Assembly: GCA_051362555.1 (NCBI GenBank)
Contig: CM120641.1
Span: 28,774,401 to 28,838,400 of the forward strand
Source: Lingula anatina
Taxonomy: Eukaryota > Animalia > Brachiopoda
DNA: 64,000 nt
Direction of reading: 5' to 3'
A model generated the notes under the pieces. It worked only from the letters and a program-made list of their open reading frames with translations, was not told the origin of the DNA and made no database searches. Both the position numbers and the translations under genes were made by a program. Shown one piece after another: positions 37,842 through 50,500 of this stretch. The first letter of the stretch is position 1. Each line of letters begins with the position of its first letter.

Positions 37842-40800
37842 GTTGGTTACTGAGCATTTTTACATGTACGTCGGACCGGCTGTCGGACAACCGCAAATAT
37901 ATGGCCCCACTATTGTTATAAGCTTTCTCATTTCTATTATTTTTGTGCGACCTTCCATGACTTGTGCATATAAACCATAATCACAATGCTGAAAAACACC
38001 TTGATATACTTTTTATTACTCAATTGGAAATGGATTCTGTGGGATTATTGGTTAAATTTGGATAAAAATGTCATAATTCGAACAATTTGGCTATTATATC
38101 GCATGAGTGGATAGTTTGTGTGGCAAGCCGACGAGATGCGCGACAAATCTACGTCCATAAATGACGCTTATCAACCATATATCAATATGTATATTTTTAT
38201 ATTACTCATCATCAACCAGAGATTGAACATTTTTACATTTACAAAATATATTAACGAATAATGAATAGTTATCCAGTAAATGTATCTCCTGGCTTGGTAT
38301 ATGATATACACATACAGACTTAATGACGAACTAATTACAAAACAAAAATTATTTCACAATCCACGTACTAGTACAGTGTTGCACTCATTGTGTGACTTAT
38401 TGTAACAACTTACAACTTTTTTACATTTTGCAAGGCTTATTCCTGTTTTTATGGGCCAGTCCATTGTGCAAAGGAAACCAAGATGCCGAGAAATTTATAA
38501 CATTAAAAATCTAAAACATAAAAACCAGAGTAAACGAGCTTTAAATATATATATGCCCTGACTGTTTGAGTAAATGGGTCTGAGAAAACTTCAAATGGCA
38601 GAGTTTGTGTGCACTAAGGCATTCCACTGAAAATTAGCAACATATGCTTATCTTATTTCTTTTAAAAAGAAATTAGGAAATCTGATGAAAAGACCGATTC
38701 TAAAGGCTTTTTCACCTCCGGCATGTCTCCTTCGAGATATAATCTTAACGTATGTAAAAGAGTGGGAAAGAGCAGAATTACGACTTTCTATCAGCAAACG
38801 TAGAGAGTACCACCTAGTTTTCCACAGTCAAGTTCATAAACTCCAAAGAGAAAAAAGTCACAGATCCTCTTTTATCCAGTCAAAAATAATAAATAATACT
38901 TATAATCATAATGTAATAATGATAATAAGGGGAGGGAAGGGGCGGGGAACGACAGGTCCTGCATTTTGAAGTGTTTTCAAATCCTTGCCTAAATCCAACA
39001 AAATGACAAGCGTGACGTTTCCCATCATTGCAACTGATTGACAGAGGTAGCTGTGCTAAGCAATCGCGAGTACTTGCAAAATACATAATATCAAGTATGT
39101 ATTGCCATTTCCATAATAATTCTAAGTTTAACTTTTTTTATTTCCTCTCTATCGAACATATAATAGACACACAATAGATCCATTGACTTATGTGGATACA
39201 TATCACAGTGTGTTTGACGTACATAGCTTGATGTGATCATCAATGGCTACTGAACAATTCCATAGAGCAATTTGCAGCCATGAAATTGGTACTCTGCCTA
39301 TCATCAAATTTAAATTGCATCCCTAATTGGTTTGTTCAACAGGCTAATTTAGTAAATTACCCCTAATATTTGTTACTTTACTGCCGTATCAATTGTCCTT
39401 GGGCTACATGTCGTGTTACTACAATAAGGTAACTATAAACAGCATCTCTAAACAAGTTCCCATTCAATTGGGATTGGAGCCCGTGGTTTAATATGTGTTA
39501 AATATTGATTAACATTCGATAAAAATGTCATGGTTCGGACATTATGCATTTTATATCGCATGGGTAGTTATTTTCTGACACATCACGGCGCGTTTCAAGA
39601 TATATAACGACGCTTAATAGCCATTTATTAAGATTGTTTTTCTATCGAATGATATACAATTTGTTAACCCTTAAGGGAGACCTGGGGTCAAAACACACCA
39701 CTTGAGTTTTGACAGTGTCAGAGAGCCGATCTTGTTTGAATGTTTCGTGTCTTTATTTCATATAATCATCCCTTAATTTTGACTTGTTGGCTGCACAAAC
39801 ATACTTATCGATTATACGTGAGGAATCCACACAGAAACCAATAGAAAGTTTATACTGATTTTGTGTACCTTACCTGATTTTGTGTACCTTGGAAATAGGA
39901 TGCAGTGAAAGATTATTTTTCTTGTTATTCACAATTTGGATTAAAAAAAATCAGAATGTGAGTTATTAACCTGATCAGACAGTGGGGTAAAGCAATATAT
40001 GTAGGCCTACAACATTTAAATGTTGTTATGTTGGCAACCCTGGTTTGATGAGCTAACGTTTTAATCTATTGAAAGACAACTAAGTGAAACACATGAAGGC
40101 ATTTAACGTTTTCAACATTAATCTTCGGTAGTGTAGAAATTAAACATCTGTGGTAAATTCTAATTTGGAGATGACTGCAGTCGGATGTGTCACAATGTAT
40201 GTTTTTATCAGGTATCTTTAAAGATATGGTCAACCACAATGGTTTCTTTTCCGTATCTTTTTATGTAAACGCCAACATATTTGGATAACTATTTACAAGT
40301 AGGCCTACGAATCCAGGGGCTTCAAGGTTCAAAAGACGTGGTGAAAAATGGGGTCCGCCCCCAGTAACCTTAAATTTTGATTTATCAAAATCTTCTTCTT
40401 CCAAAATAGTGTTGGGACTTCATTTATCTTTATGATTTTTTTAAAGTATGAGTCATGGTTTGAGATGCATTGTAGCCATCCTGGATGGAAATCGTCTTAG
40501 GTGGCCTAGAACGAGACTGTCGGCACTTTCTGATGTCCATGAAGACGTGCTAGAATTCGCGATGAGGGTGAAACTGTAGGGGCCTACATGCCCCGCGAAA
40601 GTCGTTTAAGGAAGGAATGTAAAAGTGACACGCGAAAGATAGTGACTGATTGTGCAATAAAGTGTAATTTAACAGGACGCACACAAAAAAGCAGTTAATG
40701 TCACACGCAACTGATTAAGCAAAGTAGATTCAGGATTTCGATTGGTGGTGTTATTTTTAGGGTGGTGAATGAACATATTCGGAAATATAGGTCCCTACTT

Positions 40801-41036
40801 GTAGTTTTTTTTAAATACTTGAAGGCCTACATGTAGGCACGACACAGAAGTATTCGGCCGGTAACTGCCAAATAGAGAAAAAACTTCATCATTATTTTCA
40901 TAACTATTGAAGTTTAAAACAGAAATTGAGATATAGGCCTTCTAAGTGGAAGGCACCGGTAGGCCTATAACTTTGATGATCCGACTGTACCGACTTGTAC
41001 CGGTAGGTTCTGCACATACAGCAGGGGCGTTAAATT

Positions 41037-41195
41037 GGGGGCGTCTCGATAGTCCGAAGGTTCATTGGTCCGAAAAGTGGTAACATTTTCATCTATTTTT
41101 TAATCAAGGGTTCATTGGTCCGAAGGTTTTATAGTGAATATTCGGACCAATGAACCTTCGGACTATTGAACCCTCGGACTAATATGCTACAGCCC
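41037..41195. mobile_element. Small fold-back/Mutator-like non-autonomous element
   Basis: Flanked by a (C)GTTAAATT direct repeat (8-9 bp TSD). Internal 16-bp units GTCCGAAGGTTCATTG are inverted at the other end (CGGACCAATGAACCTTCGGAC). Confidence 0.7.
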
Positions 41196-42102
41196 CGTTA
41201 AATTCAGACAGCAATTTATTTTGAGCACATAATTGGCGAAAAATGCCAACGTCAACAATTGTCGACTTTATATAAATAAATCCTGTCATTGAAAACACTG
41301 TATATCGAAACACAGTTTCCGATCATTTTTGCCATCTCTACATCATTGCAAGCTTCCATGTATGCATGGTAGGGCCTACAATATGTTAAGGTATATTAAA
41401 GGGGTCTATTTGATATGATGGTGTTAAATTAGATATTAAATTCTAATTAATGTGATCAATTAGTAAAACTAGGCTACTTACATGTAGATATTAAATGCTA
41501 ACATTTTATTACTGTAGGCTACCCCTACTTGATTCTCTTTGAAATGAAAATTTAGAAATTGTCCCTACATGTAAGACTGTCGCCTCTTGAAGATTTCAGA
41601 AGTAAATAGGCCCCTATCGATCAGGTACTTTCATATGAGGGGGTTTATAGTTTTAACGGCTGAAAGATATGAAATGTCGGATACAGGTAAGTAGCTGAAA
41701 TAGAGAAATATAGGCCTAAATGATGCATTTTCAAACCCGTATGGCATATAAAACTACCAGTAGGCTACTTGTAGCAAAAATCTAGAAAAGGCTTTTCAGC
41801 ATGTATCGCAAACACGACATTCATTCGTTAGCACTCCTATTTACAGTCCGTTTATTAGATCTTAGTTACAGTGGATTATCGGTTTTTATAGCGAACACAT
41901 AGGCCCTATTAATACTGTAGGCCTATCAGAAAACGTCAATATAGAAGGAAATTAGTGCTAGATTAGCAGTCAAATTAATAAATAAATCTCACATTAAAAT
42001 CAATATTCATTCATTATGATAAGATAATCTATGCATTGTTTGATGCTAACTGTTCTGAGACTATTGTATGATAAGCATGACACTAAAATAATACAAAATT
42101 GG

Positions 42103-42172
42103 TTTCGCGAAGTTCGCAACTATTTCACAAAATAAGGCTAAGTCAGTGTTCTACATTTCTGCCTACTTCCGG
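42103..42172. promoter_or_regulatory. Housekeeping-type promoter motifs upstream of AP5M1
   Basis: TTTCGCGAA (CGCG-box-like) at ~42103 and the ETS site ACTTCCGG at 42165-42172, 70-140 nt upstream of the ATG. Confidence 0.45.
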
Positions 42173-42244
42173 TTATATGTCCTGTGATTTTCATGGCATA
42201 CAAAATACAACAAACATTTATGAAGTCATGCTTTCAACAGTAAA

Positions 42245-43618
42245 ATGAGTGTCCGTGGATGTTGGGTGATATCAGTAGATAGTGGGGAAGATGGAAGATC
42301 AACTGGAAAGACGTTGTTTTCGAGGTAAACATGACTTTTCAATACTGAGCCTTAGGGCCCATAATAATGATACATGTAACAGCTACAGTACCTGTGCCCC
42401 AGTAGTATTTAGCAGTTGAGGCACTGCATTTGTGGCTAATTATTTTTATGTGTTTATTTGCTGTGACCCCTCTTCCTGGTTTGCTGAAAATTTTGCAAAT
42501 ACACGTATCTGTACGCTGTCCTTATTTGACACTCATTTCTTGGGGGGGGGGGGGGGAGGGGGGGGGGAGGGGGGGAGGGGGGGGGGCATCAGTTTTCGGT
42601 CTTACCAGTACATGGTACAAGGGCTCGTTCAGTCCGGTGTTAGAAAGTCTACAGGCTTTATGTAAAGTCACTTAAAATGTGTATGTGGTAGTATGTGGAT
42701 AAATGCTTGGCATTTTATTTGTCTAAGATAGATGGAATAAAAAAGACTAAAACATTATCAAACTGGTGTGTGAACCAATACAAAAGATCTCTGAATGTTA
42801 ATTATACACGTATACTACAAGATGTGAGGGAGGACACATAGTACATTTTGCCAGGACATAGATATTAATAGACCCGAAAGTTTGTAACAGAGGTTGGAAT
42901 GGGGCCTTACCTACAGTAAATACCTGCATTGTACATTGTAGCAGGTAAGGCCGAAAAAATGAGGCAAGGGGGGATGTATTGATGATCTTTCTCTGCCAAA
43001 ATGTATATATTGCCAAAATAAGTACCAGAATATCTTAGATATAAAGGCCTATTCTCTTTTATATCTGCCAAATAAAATGTAACTTTTGTCAAAATTATTT
43101 TCAAAATAAAGGGAAACAAAAATAATTATTTGAAGTTCAAAAGACAAATTTGATAGATATGATGACTTACTTATCTTGGTATGATACACGAGTACCTTGG
43201 TGTGGGTAAGAAACAAGGCCCTAAACTAAGACAAAGGGGAGGGGATCTGGGTATTTTAATTTTTTTTATTACAGTGTTATGGTATAATACTTACTGGTAT
43301 GTCATAAGTGCTGAATAAAAATATGTATAATAGTTAAAGCTGACAATAAAGGATATATAACTTGAACAAGTTAAGCTTTGGAAGTATACAACCAAATAAT
43401 GAGTTGTTCTGAAATTGCCATGCTATCACAATTTTTTAAAATTTTTTACAGAATCTTCCCGAGTGTAGAAAAGAGGGCCAAGCTGTGTGCCAATAGTGAC
43501 CATTATGTTCCTTTGCCAGATACACAGGTTTTCCTGGAGGATCTTCTCAATGAGCTTGGGATCCAGTTAACTATTAAAAAGGTTCTATGTTATTTTATAA
43601 ATATGTGATACATGTTTC

Positions 43619-43701
<83 letters not shown>

Positions 43702-46700
43702 ATACATGCACCCACATGTAAACTTTCATGCATTTTTTCTATAAAAAGCTTGTGCTTAAGCTCAAAACTTAGGTAATGATAATATAAAAGTACAGGTGAA
43801 AATGATTTTTGTCTTATGCTATTGAAAGTATTGATTAGGATATTATAACAATGAATTACTAACATACTTTAGAATTATGAGCTGGAATTGAAACTTTTGC
43901 TTATGGGGTTAATATAATGAATTGGTGGTAAGAAGCAAGAAAAGAAAAAGTCAGAGCTAGATTTTTCAAAAGCATACATGAATCATTTTATTTGGATGTA
44001 TTACCATTATCATTGGTAGTTTCCTCCAAATTTTTCAGACCTTACTGTTACATGGCCGAAAATACCACCCTTATCCTCTTGAAACTCCAAGATCCATTGC
44101 TTTTTTCACCCAAAGAAATGACATTGTGACAATGTGAATAAAACATAAAGACAAATTCTGTTATTGTGTTTCAGTTTATTGGATCAAGAGACAGCTGCAA
44201 GAAAGTTGACCAAAAGCCTGTCTTTGGAGTTCATACCGCTGCTGGGGTCATATGGCCAGTATTAGTATTGGAGCAGGTATTAATTGAGTTAACTTTGTTT
44301 TTTGCAAAAATAATCTTGGAATTTATCACTTCTAGAGAGCAGACATGCTGAAACTGTACGTCCGATCGGTCATGACCGGGAAAATTTGTCTGGACCGGTG
44401 AAAAAATTGGACTTGGTCAGTCCAAAGGACTAACAAGAGTTTTAAGAACCACAATTTTGAATTTACATTCATCATTCGCCATACTTCACTAATAAAATTA
44501 TGTAAAACCCAAAGCATTTTTCCTCTCCATTTCAAACCTGTCACATTCACAAACAAAGTAAGCTACCTAATCGTACTGGTAGTATCTGCCTCAAACAAAT
44601 AGGGTGATTTTCGGTCCGACAAAAATCCATTTGGTCCAGCAAATTTTTCATTACTGCCTGTCCAAATGTCCGGCCATTCTGAAAAGTTTTCAGCATGTCT
44701 GAGAGAGGCAGCAGTGCTCTTTTGTTGTTGTTTTATGAAAGGCAATCTGGTAAGACGGTTTTGAGTGGAGTTTTTGATTGCAAGAGGTGGCATTTATTAT
44801 GTAATTTCATATTAAGCTGTTATAGTAAAAAGACAAAGCAAATGCTGTCATTTCTATGCTAATCATTCAGTTTTTCTTTTTCTTTTTTCTTTTATCAAGG
44901 CTGGTTTGTTGTACTGTTGTGTGCCCCTTGTAGAAGTTGTTGGATCTTCTTCCCAAGTTTCTTTGATTCAAATGTAAGTAATGAGATATGTTATATAGAT
45001 GATATTTGATACAATAGAAATAGATAGTGAAAGTTGTCTAATTCCTAAAACTTGCTTGCTCTAGTGCATGTCTATCTGTAAGTCAGTATGCAGCTTTGAC
45101 AATACTAAAAAAGGCATGGAAATATAAAGGTTATGATCATGATAAGACATATTTTTTTCTAAAAGAAAATTTCTGAAAATCTTAAAGAAAATTCAACTTC
45201 AGGTTTCTTTTTAAAGATGCAAATAAAGTTAATGTTGATTCCAAACCACTTTTTCTAATTTCTTATACGACTAGAATAAATTAGACATCCCAAGTCATAA
45301 ATAAAATTTATCTCTCATTCATCCAAAAAATAACTTTAAAACTGCACTTCTTCAAATTTTGGCTGTTAATTGCCCTATTTATCTTACCCTCCAGTTCATG
45401 AAGATCCACTAAACAACGTAGTACTGTGCATGCATTGAATAATCATCACTTTCACTCCCATACGCGCAACCTATACAAATGAGGGATATTTAGAGCACAG
45501 AAAGCAAGAAGAAAATATCAGTTCAGATATCATTTTTTGGGAAAAAATGAAACAGCGTCCTGAGCTACTTCTCTCAGTTACCAGACTATTATTTGCAACT
45601 GTGGTGGCATTTGGTCAGGTTCTTTGGCAAAAATTTGACTTAAAATGCATCTTTAAAACAGTTATTCATGGTCAGTATTATTTTAGAAACTTGCAAGACA
45701 GATTTTTGTTGTTTTAGTCCAGGTATTGCTGCTGGCTACAGTTTGCTTCTTGGAATAGCTGATTTTGTAGGCAAACCACAAGGAGAGGTCCTCAGTGAGG
45801 TAGGCATACTGGTTTGTGTAGAGTCAAAGAATTCAAATCCACTTGACGTATTCAGTTAACTACTGCTTAGATTACTGAGTATATATGAATTTACATTTTA
45901 GAGGTTCACACCAGTTATAAAGTAAATTATTTAGACTAAAACAAATGTGTAAAGCCAGTAAAGCTATCAAAAATTAGTACTACTAATTGTTCTAGAAAGC
46001 AAAAGTTTTATTTAGGTCTTCAGTAATCAACTCTTCTCATATGCTTTGTTATGTATAATATTTTGAAGAAAATTTTCATAAGCTGGGTAATGTAATAAGA
46101 ATAAAGTAATTTTTGTTCAGTGAACAGCTAATATTGAAATATTTTACTTCCAATATTTTGATGTCTGTCTATAGTATCTTCATCAGGGAACGAGGCTATC
46201 CAGGTGAATAGCCTCTATACAGGAGATTATACTCCCCCCATCTACTGCCTTAAGAAAGGCAGGTATAGGTCAAGGAGGTCAGATGGGCCATCATTCTGTT
46301 GATACAGGCCCCTGTCTTCTTTATGTAAATGGCTTCCAGGACTATCCTATAGCTTTCTCTTGGTTCACTATCAATCACTTTGATTTATTCATGAATCTGG
46401 ATAGCCTCATTTCCCAATGAAGATGTTCAAGTCAGATACCAAGAAAAATTACTTTATTTGTATTTATAAATACTTTACTTTTTACCTAGGATTTTCTTCG
46501 CTGTCAGGTATTTTTTGTTGTTGATTACCCAGTGATGATTTCAACATTCATTTTTTTCCAACATTTATTTTTCCTAGACCTCCAGTGTGATAGCAGACTT
46601 GTACCTGTACTTGAGTTGTGCAGCACCATTTGGTACACCCCAAAATGTACAGCCAGACATTGTACGCACTACGCTACAGGCCAAAAACACCCCAGTGCCA

Positions 46701-47541
46701 AAAGATAAGGTACATCAGGATAATTATAGGAGGGGACATTGCACACCTGTAAAAGGTATATCAGGCCCGTAGCCAGCAATTGCAAAAGGGGGGTTCTTTT
46801 TCTAAAAATATGGACCTTTTGTAATGAAACCTTAGTTTTCATTTTACCTAGATCAAATTTACCCAGAGTGGACCTTTTTCCAGCAAAAAGTTTTTTTTTC
46901 AAATCCCCTGAACGGCTACAGGCCTATATATACATGTGCATATAATGACATATTATCATATATTATGTATTATATTTGTATATATTTGGCATTGTCACGA
47001 AAATAAAATCAATTTAACTATCATATTTATATCTGCTAATACATACAGCACTGTGTTTACATTGTTCAGCTGACATACAAAAGGCAGTCATTCGTGGATG
47101 GACATACAATATTAACTTGCAAAATGGTTAATGGGCTGTGCAAATTTGGTCAAATTGCTCCCAAGAGTTATGATTCATCTTGCTTAAAGAATGTGACATA
47201 TTCATCAAATTGCAATCACCAGTATACATTATTGATATTCTCAAGGGAGATATCTTTTGAGTGGGTCCAGACAGGGGTAATGAATGTTGAGAAAATGAAC
47301 ATTATGGCAAAATATACATAAACATATACATTAGGAGTGTACATTACTTTCTGAAATAAGTTTATGGTTGCAGATAAGTATATACCAGGAAGACCACAAG
47401 CATATGAACATATTATGCAAATTTGCATCATTCTGGATATCGTTACCACAATAGGGGCAGTTTAGGTCATTGTTCACAGTAATATTTTACAAATGTACCT
47501 ATAGCAGTTATATTACAAACAACCTGGTGATTTGGCACTCT

Positions 47542-47572
<31 letters not shown>

Positions 47573-50500
47573 TAAGCAAGTATTGATATTTTAGTGGTCT
47601 TCTTTTGCCATGTTGCATGTACAAGAATGCATATGCTATGTGTGTGAGTTAATGCTAAGATTCCCCTTGACTCCAGCCATATTCAAAGCTTCTCTAATAA
47701 AAAGCACATATAAGTCATAACTGACATCATCAGCAACCCTTATCACGCCTTTTAGAATCATATCCTGCATCTTATGACATTTAGATAATTTTAGGGTGAA
47801 GTTTTACATATTAGTGTTTTTATACTTTTATATCCTGCATCTTATGACATTTAGATAATTTTAGGGTGAAGTTTTACATATTAGTGTTTTTATACTTTTA
47901 GCTTTAGACTACTAGTACTAGTAAGTGTTAGCATTTCATCTGGTATGCCACTATGAACTGGATTGAATTTTGAAGTTATTGTCATGCTTATCATTGAAAG
48001 CAATTAGTAGAAAGTAGAGATTCTTCTTCAAGTTTACATTTGTTATTTTAGTTATCATGGCAGATTTGGAAAAATAGTTGTATTGATAAGTAAATTGCAT
48101 TCCATGATAATAACCTATTCTCTTTATGGTGGCACCCCGTCTACCTTGTACCGGGGAACTTTTATACCATACTTATTAAATTGAAATGTTGCATGCAAAG
48201 GACCATATCACAGCAGGGTGTGAGTAAAAGACGCCTTTACTGCGAAATGAGCATATGGATATACTATTACGTGAGGCACTAGAACAGGCATGTGCTTTGT
48301 TGAAAGTAAGGCAGGACTGTTTTACAGTGTTCCACCGCACATCAATTATCAATTTATGAAGTTTGCAATAAAAAAGTGACCCACAGTCAGAAAAAAATTC
48401 TGATCATCTTCTGTGATTTCAGTCATTGTTTATATGCAGAAATTATTAGATAATAATATGAACTTGTCATTTTTCTATTCTTGATTTTTTCATGTGACAG
48501 CAACCTGCGTGGAGGCCAGTTGCTTACAAAGGAAAACCCAACATTTATTTTGCAATTACTGAGCAAATAAAGGCAGTGCAAGTGAGTTTTTTTTAATCTA
48601 TGTATTTGATGTTCAGCAAATATGCTTTTCAAATTTTTGATAAAGAGATACATGTGTTTAAACATCTATATAAAACATACTTACTGAGTACCTCTGTATA
48701 TACATGTAATAAATTTAAAGGAGATAAGACCAAAAGATGGCAAGTGTGGAAAAGTAAAAAGTATGCCTTGAAGCAACCAGTCAGCATATGCTAACCTCTT
48801 CATTTTAATACATTTATATATATATTATAAACCCATGAGAATCCAAAAGCATGGAATTAAGTCTTTACCCTCCCCTCCCCCCCCCCCCCCCCAGACCCCT
48901 TAAATGAGAATATTTGAAGATTATTTGACACATTTTGCATAGAGTGAGAAATATTTGTTTCGAGTTAAAACCAACTTTCAGCATTCAGTGAAAAGATACC
49001 CAGGTATTCTAATGACAAAGGTTACTTACCCTCTACCAGTGTCACAGGTTGATTTTTAATATGATATTCGGAAATAGATCTCTGGCTAAATCATTAAACA
49101 ATTCTTTCCATTGGAGAAAAGTGCCTGTAAATATGCTGTGGCCCTGGTAGAGGGCTTACAGTATGTTTGGTTGAGAATGGTCTTTATCTAAATACGTTTT
49201 TACTACTCTTTTCAGGAATAGACTGTGCTGTGCATCTCTAATTTCTGATATCTCATATTTCAGTATGACAGCTCTAGCATCAAAGATGTGTGGGATTTAT
49301 ATGGCACAGTCACATGTATGGCAGAACTAGAGGGGATCAAACCTGAAGTCAGCGTTCCTTTCACTTGGACAGATAATGGACAAAGTCCTACACTGAACAA
49401 GTTCCTTTTTCATCATTCTGTACAGTCAAGCACAATAGGTAGGTAAAAAAAAACCATTCACAGCGATCCACTTTCAAGACGACTGGTGCAAAATCTGTGT
49501 GTCATGGCATTTGGTCCTATGAAAATTGTGCTTTTGGAAAAAAAACAAAATTACAGATCACAGCCTTCTTTAGCGCATGTATATTTTGTGTATAGATGCC
49601 CCTTTATGTGCACAGGTACACAAATCATTAAATGGTTTATTCCACAATATTTTGCATGTGTTTTGCCCACCTTACTCCCCATTAATGCAGTGATATATGG
49701 CTGCAAATGGACCAGGTCAGAGGAACAATGGAATAGGTGCTCTTATGCATTGTCGGTTCCCAAAGTTAGGCTTTAAAAGTATTATCGTTTTTTTTTTCAA
49801 AGATACCACTCAACCAAGATGTTTCTCAATAAAACAAGTGCAGAAACACACACACAAAACACAGAACAGACAATAGTTCATTCTATTATGGTCATATTTG
49901 GTATCTTATTAAGATGTTAACGTCCTGAAGTGGTGCCAGTTCAGACATATTAACCCTATAATCTGCTCAAGTTATATTTGCATTCAGTGGATACCGAAAA
50001 TTTCAACAACGGATTGTTATAAGTGTGCAAATGGGCACTTTTATGACCATTGTGCTTTGTCTGCACAAAAATAAGGTATTTCATCACCCATAAGAATCTT
50101 TAATTCCCTCATTTAGTAGTTTGAGCATCTGTTGACATGCATAGGGCTATTTTTGTTTTGGGAAATCTTGATTCTCATGCAAGTGGGTCAACTCGCCTCC
50201 ATACTACCTATCTCTGTGGGCCATCTGATTTAGTTAAACTTGGTGAAAATATCAGCATTCTGTATATGGTATTATTATTGTGGTTCACAGCCTTTGTAAA
50301 AATGCATGAGAACCAATAAAGATTGTTTGAAAAGGGCAGCCAATATAATTTTTCTGTGTGTACCCTGGAGACAGTGGTACGGATGGCAGTGGGCAAGAGA
50401 CAGAGAATTGCGTTTGCAGCCTATGTTGAGCTTGGTTTTCTCATACTGACAGTATAAATGTACTGGCAAGGGTCCACTTATATGCTGTGAAAATAATATT

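Noticed and set aside
43620-43865. Cys-Val repeat ORF
   Set aside because: Translation of a (CA)n microsatellite.
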